DNA of 64,000 nucleotides from Thermoplasmatota archaeon (GTDB lineage Archaea; Thermoplasmatota; E2; DHVEG-1): NCBI GenBank assembly GCA_025457885.1, contig JALOTN010000001.1, positions 2,822 to 66,821 of the forward strand, read 5' to 3'. Shown piece by piece: positions 55,584 to 64,000 of this stretch (position 1 is its first letter; each line of letters starts with the position of its first letter). The notes under the pieces were generated by a model. It saw only the letters and a program-made list of their open reading frames with translations, ran no database searches and was not told where the DNA came from. The position numbers and the translations under genes were made by a program.

Positions 55584-56624
55584 TTAATCGCAAATAACAT
55601 CAATGTCATAGGGGTCTTGTGCGGGGTGCCAGTCGCATTCTCTAAAATGAAACGAGAGAATAGGGATATTAAAAAATAAGATACCGATAGTCCAGGTTCC
55701 AATTATTGGATAGATTATTTTTTGGTATCGATCATCCCAATAATTATCTTTCCAGTTTTGTCTATGATTGATATAGAAGAAGGTTTCAAAGATATACGAG
55801 GCTTTTTGGAGCAAGACATTCTGAGTATTGTTGATAAAGTTATTTTTAATGATATTGACTCCCTTACAATTCAAAGTGGTAATGGCGATATCATTATTTT
55901 CAAAAACATTTGATTCAATCGTTGTTATTCCATAATTATCAATACATAGATATCCAAGATTTATCCCAGAATTATTTGTAAATAGATTATTTATAATATA
56001 CAGTGAATTTCCCGAACCAGAGGGAGGAAAACCGTTATGGCTGATTCCTGCATGGTTAAAGACGCAGTGTGTTATCGTACAATTCATAGCATCCCAAAGC
56101 GAGATGCCACCGCTTTCATTGATAAATGTAATATTGGTAAAAAGAATGTTTTTTCCCCAGTACAGAAAGATTCCTAAATAATTATGACTTAGTATAATAT
56201 TAGATACTACGATATTGGATACGTGCTGTATGTTTATGCCACGACCGTATTTTTTCCCAGGTGTCCCCCCGTTCTGAATCGTAAAACCAGAGATTGTGAC
56301 TCCGCCTACAACACTAACGACATCGTAAGCACCTGTACCATTAATTATCGTCGTGTGTTTATTTTCACCTATAAGATATAGTGATTTACTTACTGTGATT
56401 GGTTCATAGATACCTGAATATACATAGATTGTATCACCAGTGGATGCATTATTGATAGCGTCTTGAATAGTAGAATAGTTCCCAGGTCCATCACCTCCAA
56501 CATACAGCCAATTTCCTTGTATTATTGTTTGAGATGTATTCCTTATATCAAATGCACTCGCGGGGAAGATACTAGTCCCGAATAGTAAGAGAATTATCCC
56601 AATTACCAAATGTTTTTTTTCCAT
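55584..56624 (-). CDS. NosD-like right-handed beta-helix protein, secreted with C-terminal TM anchor
   Basis: Signal peptide. GDTIYVYSGIYEP...TTIINGTG N-terminus, paralogous to the 16040..18139 protein. Repeated N-x-hydrophobic rungs. C-terminal hydrophobic IIYPIIGTWTIGILFFNIPIL. Confidence 0.55.
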   Translation of the reverse strand: MEKKHLVIGIILLLFGTSIFPASAFDIRNTSQTIIQGNWLYVGGDGPGNYSTIQDAINNASTGDTIYVYSGIYEPITVSKSLYLIGENKHTTIINGTGAYDVVSVVGGVTISGFTIQNGGTPGKKYGRGINIQHVSNIVVSNIILSHNYLGIFLYWGKNILFTNITFINESGGISLWDAMNCTITHCVFNHAGISHNGFPPSGSGNSLYIINNLFTNNSGINLGYLCIDNYGITTIESNVFENNDIAITTLNCKGVNIIKNNFINNTQNVLLQKASYIFETFFYINHRQNWKDNYWDDRYQKIIYPIIGTWTIGILFFNIPILSFHFRECDWHPAQDPYDIDVICD

Positions 56625-56642
56625 TGAAGTATCACTTAGGTT

Positions 56643-57275
56643 TTAAAAATATAAAAATGGAGCCCAAAAACAATTCAAATTGGTGCCAATTCCATCCAGA
56701 AGAACAACAAATTCATATGCGATACGAACATCAAAAAGATAAAGGACATAGAAAAATGCAAATATAGCGTATAGTACCATACAGATAACTGGAAATTTCC
56801 ATAAACCAGTTATATTTTTGTTTTTACAATCACATTCTGAGTTACGTAATTGACTTATTTCATCGCGAAGTGTCGGATCCTTTTCAATGACAGCAAATAT
56901 TTCCTTCTGCATATCGGCACTATTAATTTGATATCGTTCAACCATCAGATTTATTCTTGATTTATTAATAATTTTCGAGATTATTAAACCGAGAAGATAA
57001 AATTGTCTGAGCTGATTCTTCGTTAGAATAGGAATCTCTGATGCTGGGAATATTCCACTACTCATCTGCGATTTGAGGATGATTCGTTGTATTTCCTTGT
57101 TGTTTACAATATCATAGATAGTTTGGAATAATAAATTTTTTTGATTGATTTTTCCTTTTATTGTTTGCTGATTCGATAATTGAATCGTTTGATATCCAAC
57201 AACATTGGTCAATGAAACAAGAACAAGAAGGATCATAACACATATATTGATTCCAATCAGGAGATATTTTTTCAT
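56643..57275 (-). CDS. membrane protein, hypothetical (N- and C-terminal TM helices)
   Basis: AT-rich gene. No motif. Confidence 0.3.
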   Translation of the reverse strand: MKKYLLIGINICVMILLVLVSLTNVVGYQTIQLSNQQTIKGKINQKNLLFQTIYDIVNNKEIQRIILKSQMSSGIFPASEIPILTKNQLRQFYLLGLIISKIINKSRINLMVERYQINSADMQKEIFAVIEKDPTLRDEISQLRNSECDCKNKNITGLWKFPVICMVLYAIFAFFYVLYLFDVRIAYEFVVLLDGIGTNLNCFWAPFLYF

Positions 57276-57439
57276 ATCATTTCCTCCATATATAATTTTA
57301 TAATAAACATACCCTATATTAATTTTATTGTATTTTGATTTTTCAATGAATATGTTTTATTTAAAAAATTATTTAAAGATTACAAAGATTACATTGTTTT
57401 GAAAATAATTGCTATTATTATTTTCGGGAGTGAAAATTT

Positions 57440-60400
57440 ATGAAAGTAAAAAGAAATAAATTAAAAATTATTTTGTTTATCTGGGCATCAATTCTATTGT
57501 TTATTCTCGGAAATTCACCTATTGGTTTAAGTGATTTCGTTCTTCCTTCTCAAGGAGGTGGAATGATCCATTGCGATCTTAACATGTCAGAAAATATTAG
57601 GAGACCTGTACCTGTAAACAATGTAGGTGAAGTTTGGTACCGTGATGATTTAGGTTTATTAGGAAAATTATTTGGAACGATTGGTAATGGAATCTCGGGA
57701 AACGGGAAAATTGCAGCTTGTTCCTTTGGCCCACTTAATTTTATCGGGAATCCTTTAGACCCAAATGATAAACTCGTTATTTTCGATTATTATGGTAACC
57801 AAATATGGTCATCTGGTTGGTGGTTTGCACCTAATGTATCTGAACACGAATGGTCATTAAACCTCGCGGCATGTTCTTCTTCACCAATGATTGACATAAA
57901 CAATCGTGTAGTTGCTTGTGATAATCAAAAAATAATATTAGTGAACGCCTCAAATTATGATAATGTTCAAGTTGAATGGATATCATATTTATCTGGAGGA
58001 CTCCCTGTCTGTCCAAGCATAGTTGAAAACAAGTCAATCGTCTTACCCTGCAAAGATGGACCAATATATTTATTTGACGTAGAAACTGGTGCGAAACTTG
58101 CCGAGAAAAGACTTGGAATGAACATCACTATTAATCCCTATTGGGGAATCCCAGAGATGAGTATGAATGAGTATTTGGATATTCTCTGGAATTATACTTG
58201 GTACAGTATTTGTCCTTATCGATATAACAGTACAACTCAACTTATCGAATGGAACTTGTCGACACCATTTAAAATCATGCCCATAAAAAAAAATATATTT
58301 AAAGATGGAGATTTGTATTTCTGGACTAAAGATAATTATGTCACGGTAATACAAAGAGAAGGATTATTTAATTGGACGATTCTTGCCAATAATTCTATTG
58401 AAGGTGCTGGTCTTTATACAGGTGAGGGTTTCTTTTCTACCATCAACTCAGCATGTGTTAAAGGTAATAGAGTCTATGTAGCAACTGAATATATGAAACC
58501 GAGTATCTGGTCTAAAAACCATTCAATCGGAAGATTATATGCTATAGAAGTGAACCCAGACGCAGAAAATGAGTCCGACCGCTTAATGGAGTTATGGAAT
58601 TATTCGTATTTTGGGAGAAGTCAGGCTACTCCAACTCTAATAAACGATACTATATATTTCGATGGATATAATGATACATGGACAGCACAATTGAGGGACC
58701 CACATATTTATGCAGTATATACAAATGGAACTGAGAAATGGAAGATTAGCTATCCAAATATAACTTGGTTTACTTTTACTACGGATCCACGAGGTGGTTT
58801 CTGGTATGAAGATGCTGATCAATGGCCATTCCGTCCGTTCAGTGGCGGAAATAAATTAGTGCATTTTCGAGAAGAAGATGGTAATATCACGGAAGTTCTT
58901 GTTATGAAAGAACTTCTTAATGACACAGGACCAAATTGGAATAAAGATGTTATCCCATCTTCGGATATGACCATATGTGGAAATGCTACAAATCCAATCA
59001 TGTTAATATCTGCGAATCACCCACATTTCTATGAAGGCAAATGGGTTCTTGCAGTTAATCTTACCACCAATAAAACTATCTGGAAAGTACCAGTAAATCA
59101 TTCGATTAATTTTAATTATGCGCCTGGTGGTTATACAATTTTAGTGGAAAATAATCAATCTCGGATATTATTTCCAACATTTCTTGGTGGTGTTATGGCA
59201 ATTGGTACATTTCCAAACACTTCATTTCAAAATATCGGATATTCCCTCAAGGATTCATCCGAGGATTACAATATCTACGATGATACCGTCCAGGTTAACT
59301 ATACAATAACATCAGTGATTCCCGACCGTGTTTTTATCAAGGCAATGCTTAAATCAGTAGAATATCCGATAATTTGTAGATATTTTACGGAAAAACATTA
59401 TAATGTGACTCCTGCTGGTTTAACAGATAGCCTCAATATTACTCTTCCATCATGGGCACCCTCAGGTAGCTATCTTCTACAGGTCTTTTTGTATAATTCA
59501 AGTGGAGGAATAAAAGATATTGTAAATAATCTCTTGAATAAAGAATCCAAGAATAAAGAATATGCAAATGAGACATACGAAGCTGGCCCTTTCTCTATGT
59601 ATCCATTAAATGATCCACCAGAAGTACCACAGCAACCATGGATCGCCGATGTGATCAACAATCATATGAATATATATGCAACCAACTCAACAGATCCTAA
59701 TGAAGATAATATATGGTATCAATGGCGTTATGATTCAGGACTAGGGACCACCTACTACACTCGCTGGGTTATGGGGGGGCCGTATGAATCAGGGGAAAAT
59801 TGCTTCCGACCAATTAGTTGGTGGTTCCCTGGTGAATACCAAGTTCAAGTACGGGCAAAAGACAACTTATTACAACCCGATGTCTTTTCCACCTGGTCTG
59901 AACCACTTAATGTCACTGTCACCGCAAATCAAGGGGCTCCAGTTCCATGGAATAACGAACTCCTAGGGCAATTCACCCAAACCCTTGTCACACCTGCACA
60001 ACAAACAAGTTGCACTGGTTTAGCCGAAGGTGTTTATATACAGACACAAACAAGAGAATCACTCAACTGGAATTGGAGTTTCGGTGATGGCACCTATTCA
60101 GAAGAACAAAATGTCACCCATAACTATAGTGCAATTGGGACATATGTCGTCAACCTTACTCTTGAAAATGGACAAGGAGATTATTTTAATTGTACTATCA
60201 ATATTTCAGTTGTCAATCTGAAATCAGATTTTAATATCATAGGTGGTCAGCCAGGAACAAATATATCCTACTCGGATATATCTAGTGGTGTAAATTCGAT
60301 TGTCAACTGGACATGGGATTTCGGAGATGGAAATAACTCATATCAACAAAATCCCATACATGTCTATGCAACATCAGGAATCTATAATGTTTCGTTAACC

Positions 60401-63124
60401 ATCAAAGATAATCAAAATAACACGCATCTCAGCACTCAAACATTGTATATTGAATCACTAAAACCTCAATATGTCTCAGTGGTTGACTATCCGGATCCAG
60501 TAGGATTTGGGCAAAATGTTACCATTGAAGTGAACATTTTTGATAATCTTAGCGGTATTAAAGCTGTCTACATCAATATCACGTATCCTGACAATGAAAC
60601 AACAGGGAATTTCTCAATGGAGGCAAACATGAGTCACCCCTGCGATTATATCTATGTTTTTAAGGACATCTGGCAGACGGGGATATACAACTACAGCATC
60701 TGGGTGATTGATAATGCGAATAACACGAACTGCACCAGTGGATTCGACTTCACCGTCTCAGCTGAAGCGACTATCACAGTATGTACTACAAAAGACAATT
60801 ACACTTCAAATGAATATATCAACCTCACTGACCCGCCAGGCACTCCGTTACCATCGCTCGGATATGAACTCTTAGACGATGAAACGGTTCTGCATCTCTG
60901 GAACCAATACGATAACTATTATTTCAACACCAGCAGCGGCATTCAACTGACGAACCACAAGGACGAGTACTGGTCCCATAACGTGTTGATGCTCGGGTAT
61001 TACAATAACGAACAATGGAACCTGTTGTACCGGACGGATGAACTCACTGGATTTAACAGAGACATCGAGATCGACGAAAACTCTTATGTGAACGTGACAT
61101 TATGGAAGGATCTTAGCTATGCTGGATACCCGTTCCGTCTTGCCATCCGATATAATCTCGGTATCAACGACTGTGACCTCACCGTCATCCCGTACATCAA
61201 GAACCTTGGTACGACTAGCATCCCTTATGTGCTCGGGTTCGGCTGGGAGCTCAAGGACATCCAAGTCAACATGACCACCGAGGGTGATTACATCATTGTA
61301 GATGGGGAGTCCTATTACCTGAACCAGACCCTGGATAACGTGTATACTGATATTGATGAGAGCGTGTTCTACCTTATGGATGACAGCACCGAAACGCAGA
61401 CCCAGTCTTTGTATGTGCGCTGGGACCCAGATCGGACCTATAAACTGCAGGTGAAATCACGAGTGGGTCAGCAGAACGCACCGGTCACCTTGTTCATCCG
61501 GGTGGGAACGCTTGCCGCGGGTCAGCAGAAATTCACCCAGCTGCAATGGTATGATGCCAGTCAGGAGACCTATTATTTCGACGCATTTGATGCGAATGAG
61601 ATCTGGGAGAATGACCCAGAATTAATGACTGACGAAACCGAAGAAACATTTGCATCAACTCGCACTGACACCACCATTGAGCTCTGTAACGGGAACACCT
61701 GTGAGGGGGACAATCTTGGAACGATCCAGAAAGTAGAACTGCGGGTGAATGGGTATTACGAAGGGGAGAACGGAGGAACTATCATCTTGCGACCGATCTT
61801 TGGAAAAACCGATGGTGAGAACTACACGTTTGTTACCCCAGAACGACCGGAATGGTCGCAATGGTTTGACATCACCAACGACGGCGGCCGAGGTGGCGGT
61901 GGATTACTCCAATGGTCCTGGTCTGAGGTAGATGACCTTGATTGCGATGTCGATGCATCTGTTGGGGCAGAAACGACTCTCTTCTGTTCCATGATTCAGC
62001 TTCGAGTCACCTACAATACTGCGCCATCCGTGTCAAATCCCTATCCGCCCCATGGAACCAATGGCATCACGCTACAGCCACGGTTAAATATCACGGTCTC
62101 AGATCCGAATGGTGACACGATGAACGTCACCTGGTATACGAACTCTACCCCAAGTCTGTTAACCTTGCGCCCCAACGCCAACGGCAGTATCACCGAGCTG
62201 CTGCGATATCCCACCTCTCAGAACGCGAACTATAAATGCGTCGATGATACGATTGTCAATGACAACGATTATGTGTACTGGAGCGGAACCAGCTGGAAGA
62301 AAGACAGCTACAATCTCGCGGATCACGGGAGCGTATCAGGTGTCATTCATGGTGTGACCGTCTATGCCCGGTGTAACCGGGGTGGATTCGGCCAATTTCC
62401 CAGTGTTCCAAACGAAGGAAAGATCGTCATCCGGTCAAGTGGCAGTTATTACTATGGAAACGAGTTTGCGCCAACATCCACGTTCACCTATTACAGTCAT
62501 ACCTGGGTGGTAAATCCTGCGACAGGCTATGCATGGAACTGGAGCGCGATCGATGCACTTCAGGCCGGCATTTCGTTCATCGGAAATGAAGGAGGTTCCT
62601 CCAAATGCAGCCAGGTGTATGTTGTGGTGAATTACACGAACCCGAACACATGGTATCAGTTCGGACAGAATAGCAGCATCAGCAACGGCGTATATCGCCA
62701 GCAACTCCTGAATGCGTCGGTGAATGGCCAGTGGTGGTACTGGAAGGTCAAAGCGGATGATGGCACCGCATCCACCTGGAGCAACGTGTACAAATTCTAT
62801 ACAGGGTATCAATCGAAGATCGAGAATACCGGTGAGACAAACATCAAAGGGTATTTGCTGATGCAGGTGCAATATTACAATGAGACAACGGAAAATTGGA
62901 TTGTTGATAATGACACTGTGAATGAGACAACGCCCCGCATCATTAACAGCAGCTGTCAACTTGGCCTCGACACCATCTTCAATGGACCGGTGAGAGCATC
63001 TGACTTGACTTATGGGACAGGCACCTATCGAGTGTATGCTGCATTCCGCGATTCTGAGGGAAATATCCTTATAACAGATGATGAGGTGGAGCTGGTATCC
63101 TGGTGGCAGTTCAGTAAAATATAG
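57440..63124 (+). CDS. giant secreted surface protein (1894 aa): signal peptide, beta-propeller-like N-terminal region, at least two PKD domains, Ig-like/beta-sandwich repeats
   Basis: N-terminal IILFIWASILLFILG. Two PKD signatures, WNWSFGDGTYSEEQNVTHNY..GTYVV and WTWDFGDGNNSYQQNPIHVY..GIYNV. Dense N-x-S/T sequons. Single uninterrupted frame. Confidence 0.7.
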   Translation: MKVKRNKLKIILFIWASILLFILGNSPIGLSDFVLPSQGGGMIHCDLNMSENIRRPVPVNNVGEVWYRDDLGLLGKLFGTIGNGISGNGKIAACSFGPLNFIGNPLDPNDKLVIFDYYGNQIWSSGWWFAPNVSEHEWSLNLAACSSSPMIDINNRVVACDNQKIILVNASNYDNVQVEWISYLSGGLPVCPSIVENKSIVLPCKDGPIYLFDVETGAKLAEKRLGMNITINPYWGIPEMSMNEYLDILWNYTWYSICPYRYNSTTQLIEWNLSTPFKIMPIKKNIFKDGDLYFWTKDNYVTVIQREGLFNWTILANNSIEGAGLYTGEGFFSTINSACVKGNRVYVATEYMKPSIWSKNHSIGRLYAIEVNPDAENESDRLMELWNYSYFGRSQATPTLINDTIYFDGYNDTWTAQLRDPHIYAVYTNGTEKWKISYPNITWFTFTTDPRGGFWYEDADQWPFRPFSGGNKLVHFREEDGNITEVLVMKELLNDTGPNWNKDVIPSSDMTICGNATNPIMLISANHPHFYEGKWVLAVNLTTNKTIWKVPVNHSINFNYAPGGYTILVENNQSRILFPTFLGGVMAIGTFPNTSFQNIGYSLKDSSEDYNIYDDTVQVNYTITSVIPDRVFIKAMLKSVEYPIICRYFTEKHYNVTPAGLTDSLNITLPSWAPSGSYLLQVFLYNSSGGIKDIVNNLLNKESKNKEYANETYEAGPFSMYPLNDPPEVPQQPWIADVINNHMNIYATNSTDPNEDNIWYQWRYDSGLGTTYYTRWVMGGPYESGENCFRPISWWFPGEYQVQVRAKDNLLQPDVFSTWSEPLNVTVTANQGAPVPWNNELLGQFTQTLVTPAQQTSCTGLAEGVYIQTQTRESLNWNWSFGDGTYSEEQNVTHNYSAIGTYVVNLTLENGQGDYFNCTINISVVNLKSDFNIIGGQPGTNISYSDISSGVNSIVNWTWDFGDGNNSYQQNPIHVYATSGIYNVSLTIKDNQNNTHLSTQTLYIESLKPQYVSVVDYPDPVGFGQNVTIEVNIFDNLSGIKAVYINITYPDNETTGNFSMEANMSHPCDYIYVFKDIWQTGIYNYSIWVIDNANNTNCTSGFDFTVSAEATITVCTTKDNYTSNEYINLTDPPGTPLPSLGYELLDDETVLHLWNQYDNYYFNTSSGIQLTNHKDEYWSHNVLMLGYYNNEQWNLLYRTDELTGFNRDIEIDENSYVNVTLWKDLSYAGYPFRLAIRYNLGINDCDLTVIPYIKNLGTTSIPYVLGFGWELKDIQVNMTTEGDYIIVDGESYYLNQTLDNVYTDIDESVFYLMDDSTETQTQSLYVRWDPDRTYKLQVKSRVGQQNAPVTLFIRVGTLAAGQQKFTQLQWYDASQETYYFDAFDANEIWENDPELMTDETEETFASTRTDTTIELCNGNTCEGDNLGTIQKVELRVNGYYEGENGGTIILRPIFGKTDGENYTFVTPERPEWSQWFDITNDGGRGGGGLLQWSWSEVDDLDCDVDASVGAETTLFCSMIQLRVTYNTAPSVSNPYPPHGTNGITLQPRLNITVSDPNGDTMNVTWYTNSTPSLLTLRPNANGSITELLRYPTSQNANYKCVDDTIVNDNDYVYWSGTSWKKDSYNLADHGSVSGVIHGVTVYARCNRGGFGQFPSVPNEGKIVIRSSGSYYYGNEFAPTSTFTYYSHTWVVNPATGYAWNWSAIDALQAGISFIGNEGGSSKCSQVYVVVNYTNPNTWYQFGQNSSISNGVYRQQLLNASVNGQWWYWKVKADDGTASTWSNVYKFYTGYQSKIENTGETNIKGYLLMQVQYYNETTENWIVDNDTVNETTPRIINSSCQLGLDTIFNGPVRASDLTYGTGTYRVYAAFRDSEGNILITDDEVELVSWWQFSKI

Positions 63125-63152
63125 AAAATCCTCTCTCGATAAAAATAACGGA

Positions 63153-63190
63153 AGTCAGGTTATTCTAATCTGACTATCTTCAATTTTATT
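63153..63190 (+). terminator. hairpin (AGTCAG-11nt-CTGACT) followed by T-rich tract after the giant gene
   Basis: Perfect 6-bp inverted repeat 29 nt after the stop codon, followed by atcttcaattttatt. Confidence 0.3.
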
Positions 63191-63318
63191 CGATAACGTA
63201 TGTTATATTATGATAATTTAATATTTAAATATGAAAATATATACTTTTATCAAGATAAATCAAAATAATTATAAACAAGTTTTTGATACACAAAACAATA
63301 AACAATTAAAATTACGTT

Positions 63319-63636
63319 ATGAATATGTTGGCGGTGGTGAGAAATATGATAACAAAATTTCCTTATACTGATAGACGAATTGAAGAGAATTTTATCCCCA
63401 GTGATAAATGTCTTGCAGAATATGAAATGTTTCAAGATAAACCTAAAATTTCGAAAGAAAAAAAATCAAAAGTAAAAGTGGGTATCGGAAAAACAAAAGT
63501 CGGAAAAGTAATTATTGTTTATGAAAACAATGAGATAAAACATATGGAACCAATAGACGAAATGAGACTCTGTCCAGATATTTTTCTGAAGAAAATTCCA
63601 ATGAAATATAACAATTCAAAGAAAAACCAAGATTAA
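63319..63636 (+). CDS. hypothetical small protein in AT-rich block
   Basis: Lys-rich 105-aa ORF 30 nt upstream of the TIR-like gene on the same strand. Start uncertain. Confidence 0.2.
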   Translation: MNMLAVVRNMITKFPYTDRRIEENFIPSDKCLAEYEMFQDKPKISKEKKSKVKVGIGKTKVGKVIIVYENNEIKHMEPIDEMRLCPDIFLKKIPMKYNNSKKNQD

Positions 63637-63665
63637 ATATTTTCATATGATTTGAGGAAATTCAG

Positions 63666-64000
63666 ATGGTTTCTTTCGTGAATGATGAGTTTAATAATAA
63701 TTTCGAAAATGTCATTTTTGACAAAGAAAATTATGATTTTAATGTTTTCATAAATTGCCCATTTGACAAAGGATATCTTCCAATTTTTCACGCGATTATT
63801 TTTACTGTGATGAGTAATGGTTTTTGTCCGGTCTGTGTTAAACTACCTTCAGGTAAAGTAAGGCTAGAAAAAATTTGCGAAGCAATTTGTGATTCTCGGT
63901 TGGGGATTCATGATATTTCGTGCGTAAAACTGGATTCAAAAACGAAACTCCCCAGATTTAATATGCCATTTGAATTGGGTTTATTCATCGGATGTTTAAA
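63666..64000 (+). CDS. TIR-like domain protein, N-terminal part (runs off the window)
   Basis: Hand translation MVSFVNDEF...YDFNVFINCPFDKGYLPIFHAIIFTVMSNGFCPVCVKLPSGKVRLEKICEAICDSRLGIHDISCVKLDSKTKLPRFNMPFELGLFIGCL. It aligns element by element with the TIR fold: betaA xDVFISxxxxD, alphaA, betaB + BB-loop, alphaB, betaC, then S/N-x-x-x-x-E-L with the Glu at the catalytic position. GAGGAAA SD upstream. Confidence 0.4.
   Translation, partial: MVSFVNDEFNNNFENVIFDKENYDFNVFINCPFDKGYLPIFHAIIFTVMSNGFCPVCVKLPSGKVRLEKICEAICDSRLGIHDISCVKLDSKTKLPRFNMPFELGLFIGCL

Noticed and set aside
1-64000. CRISPR arrays, rRNA genes or tandem-repeat arrays
   Set aside because: No regularly spaced direct repeats were seen. 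The only tandem element noticed is a 9-mer duplicated once (aagattaca x2 at about 57381-57398). There are no rRNA-like conserved stretches.

Overview
This 64 kb window looks like archaeal chromosome. Archaeal markers include aEF-1alpha followed by ribosomal protein S10, an archaeal-type GluRS, and an isopentenyl-phosphate kinase / type-2 IPP isomerase / GGPP synthase cluster. Other markers are archaeal TyrRS, prefoldin beta, cis-prenyltransferase UppS, a PAC2-like chaperone, Ogg2, and TATA-box promoters that often also carry GGAGG Shine-Dalgarno sites. The organism appears anaerobic (class III RNR nrdDG, hypE, hemerythrin, ferredoxins, FTR-like disulfide reductase) and protein-degrading. Coding density is high and genes alternate in strand-blocks. 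Core content covers isoprenoid/lipid precursor genes, a DNA base-excision-repair cluster, two ABC-2 exporters and UDP-GlcNAc synthesis genes upstream of tuf-rps10. There are two tRNA genes (Arg-TCT, Ser-TGA) next to a MazF/PemK-type toxin-antitoxin pair, and an nrdR-nrdD-nrdG-trxB redox/RNR operon. The accessory, surface-related content is unusual. It includes two very large secreted clan-CD (gingipain/C25-like) peptidase homologues, one of which appears to lack the catalytic His. It also includes a secreted legumain-like peptidase, a beta-helix protein fused to a zinc metallopeptidase, and a 1894-aa PKD/beta-propeller surface protein. The last 10 kb is compositionally mosaic. A tRNA 5'-half-like fragment sits at 54.57 kb, followed by a methyltransferase gene with atypical codon usage and a strongly AT-rich block with a NosD-like beta-helix gene. 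A 5'->3' GC gradient runs through the giant surface-protein gene. A second AT-rich block at the window edge encodes a TIR-like domain protein, a possible defence locus continuing beyond the window. No CRISPR array or rRNA gene was seen. All calls come from reading the supplied translations and the sequence, without searches.
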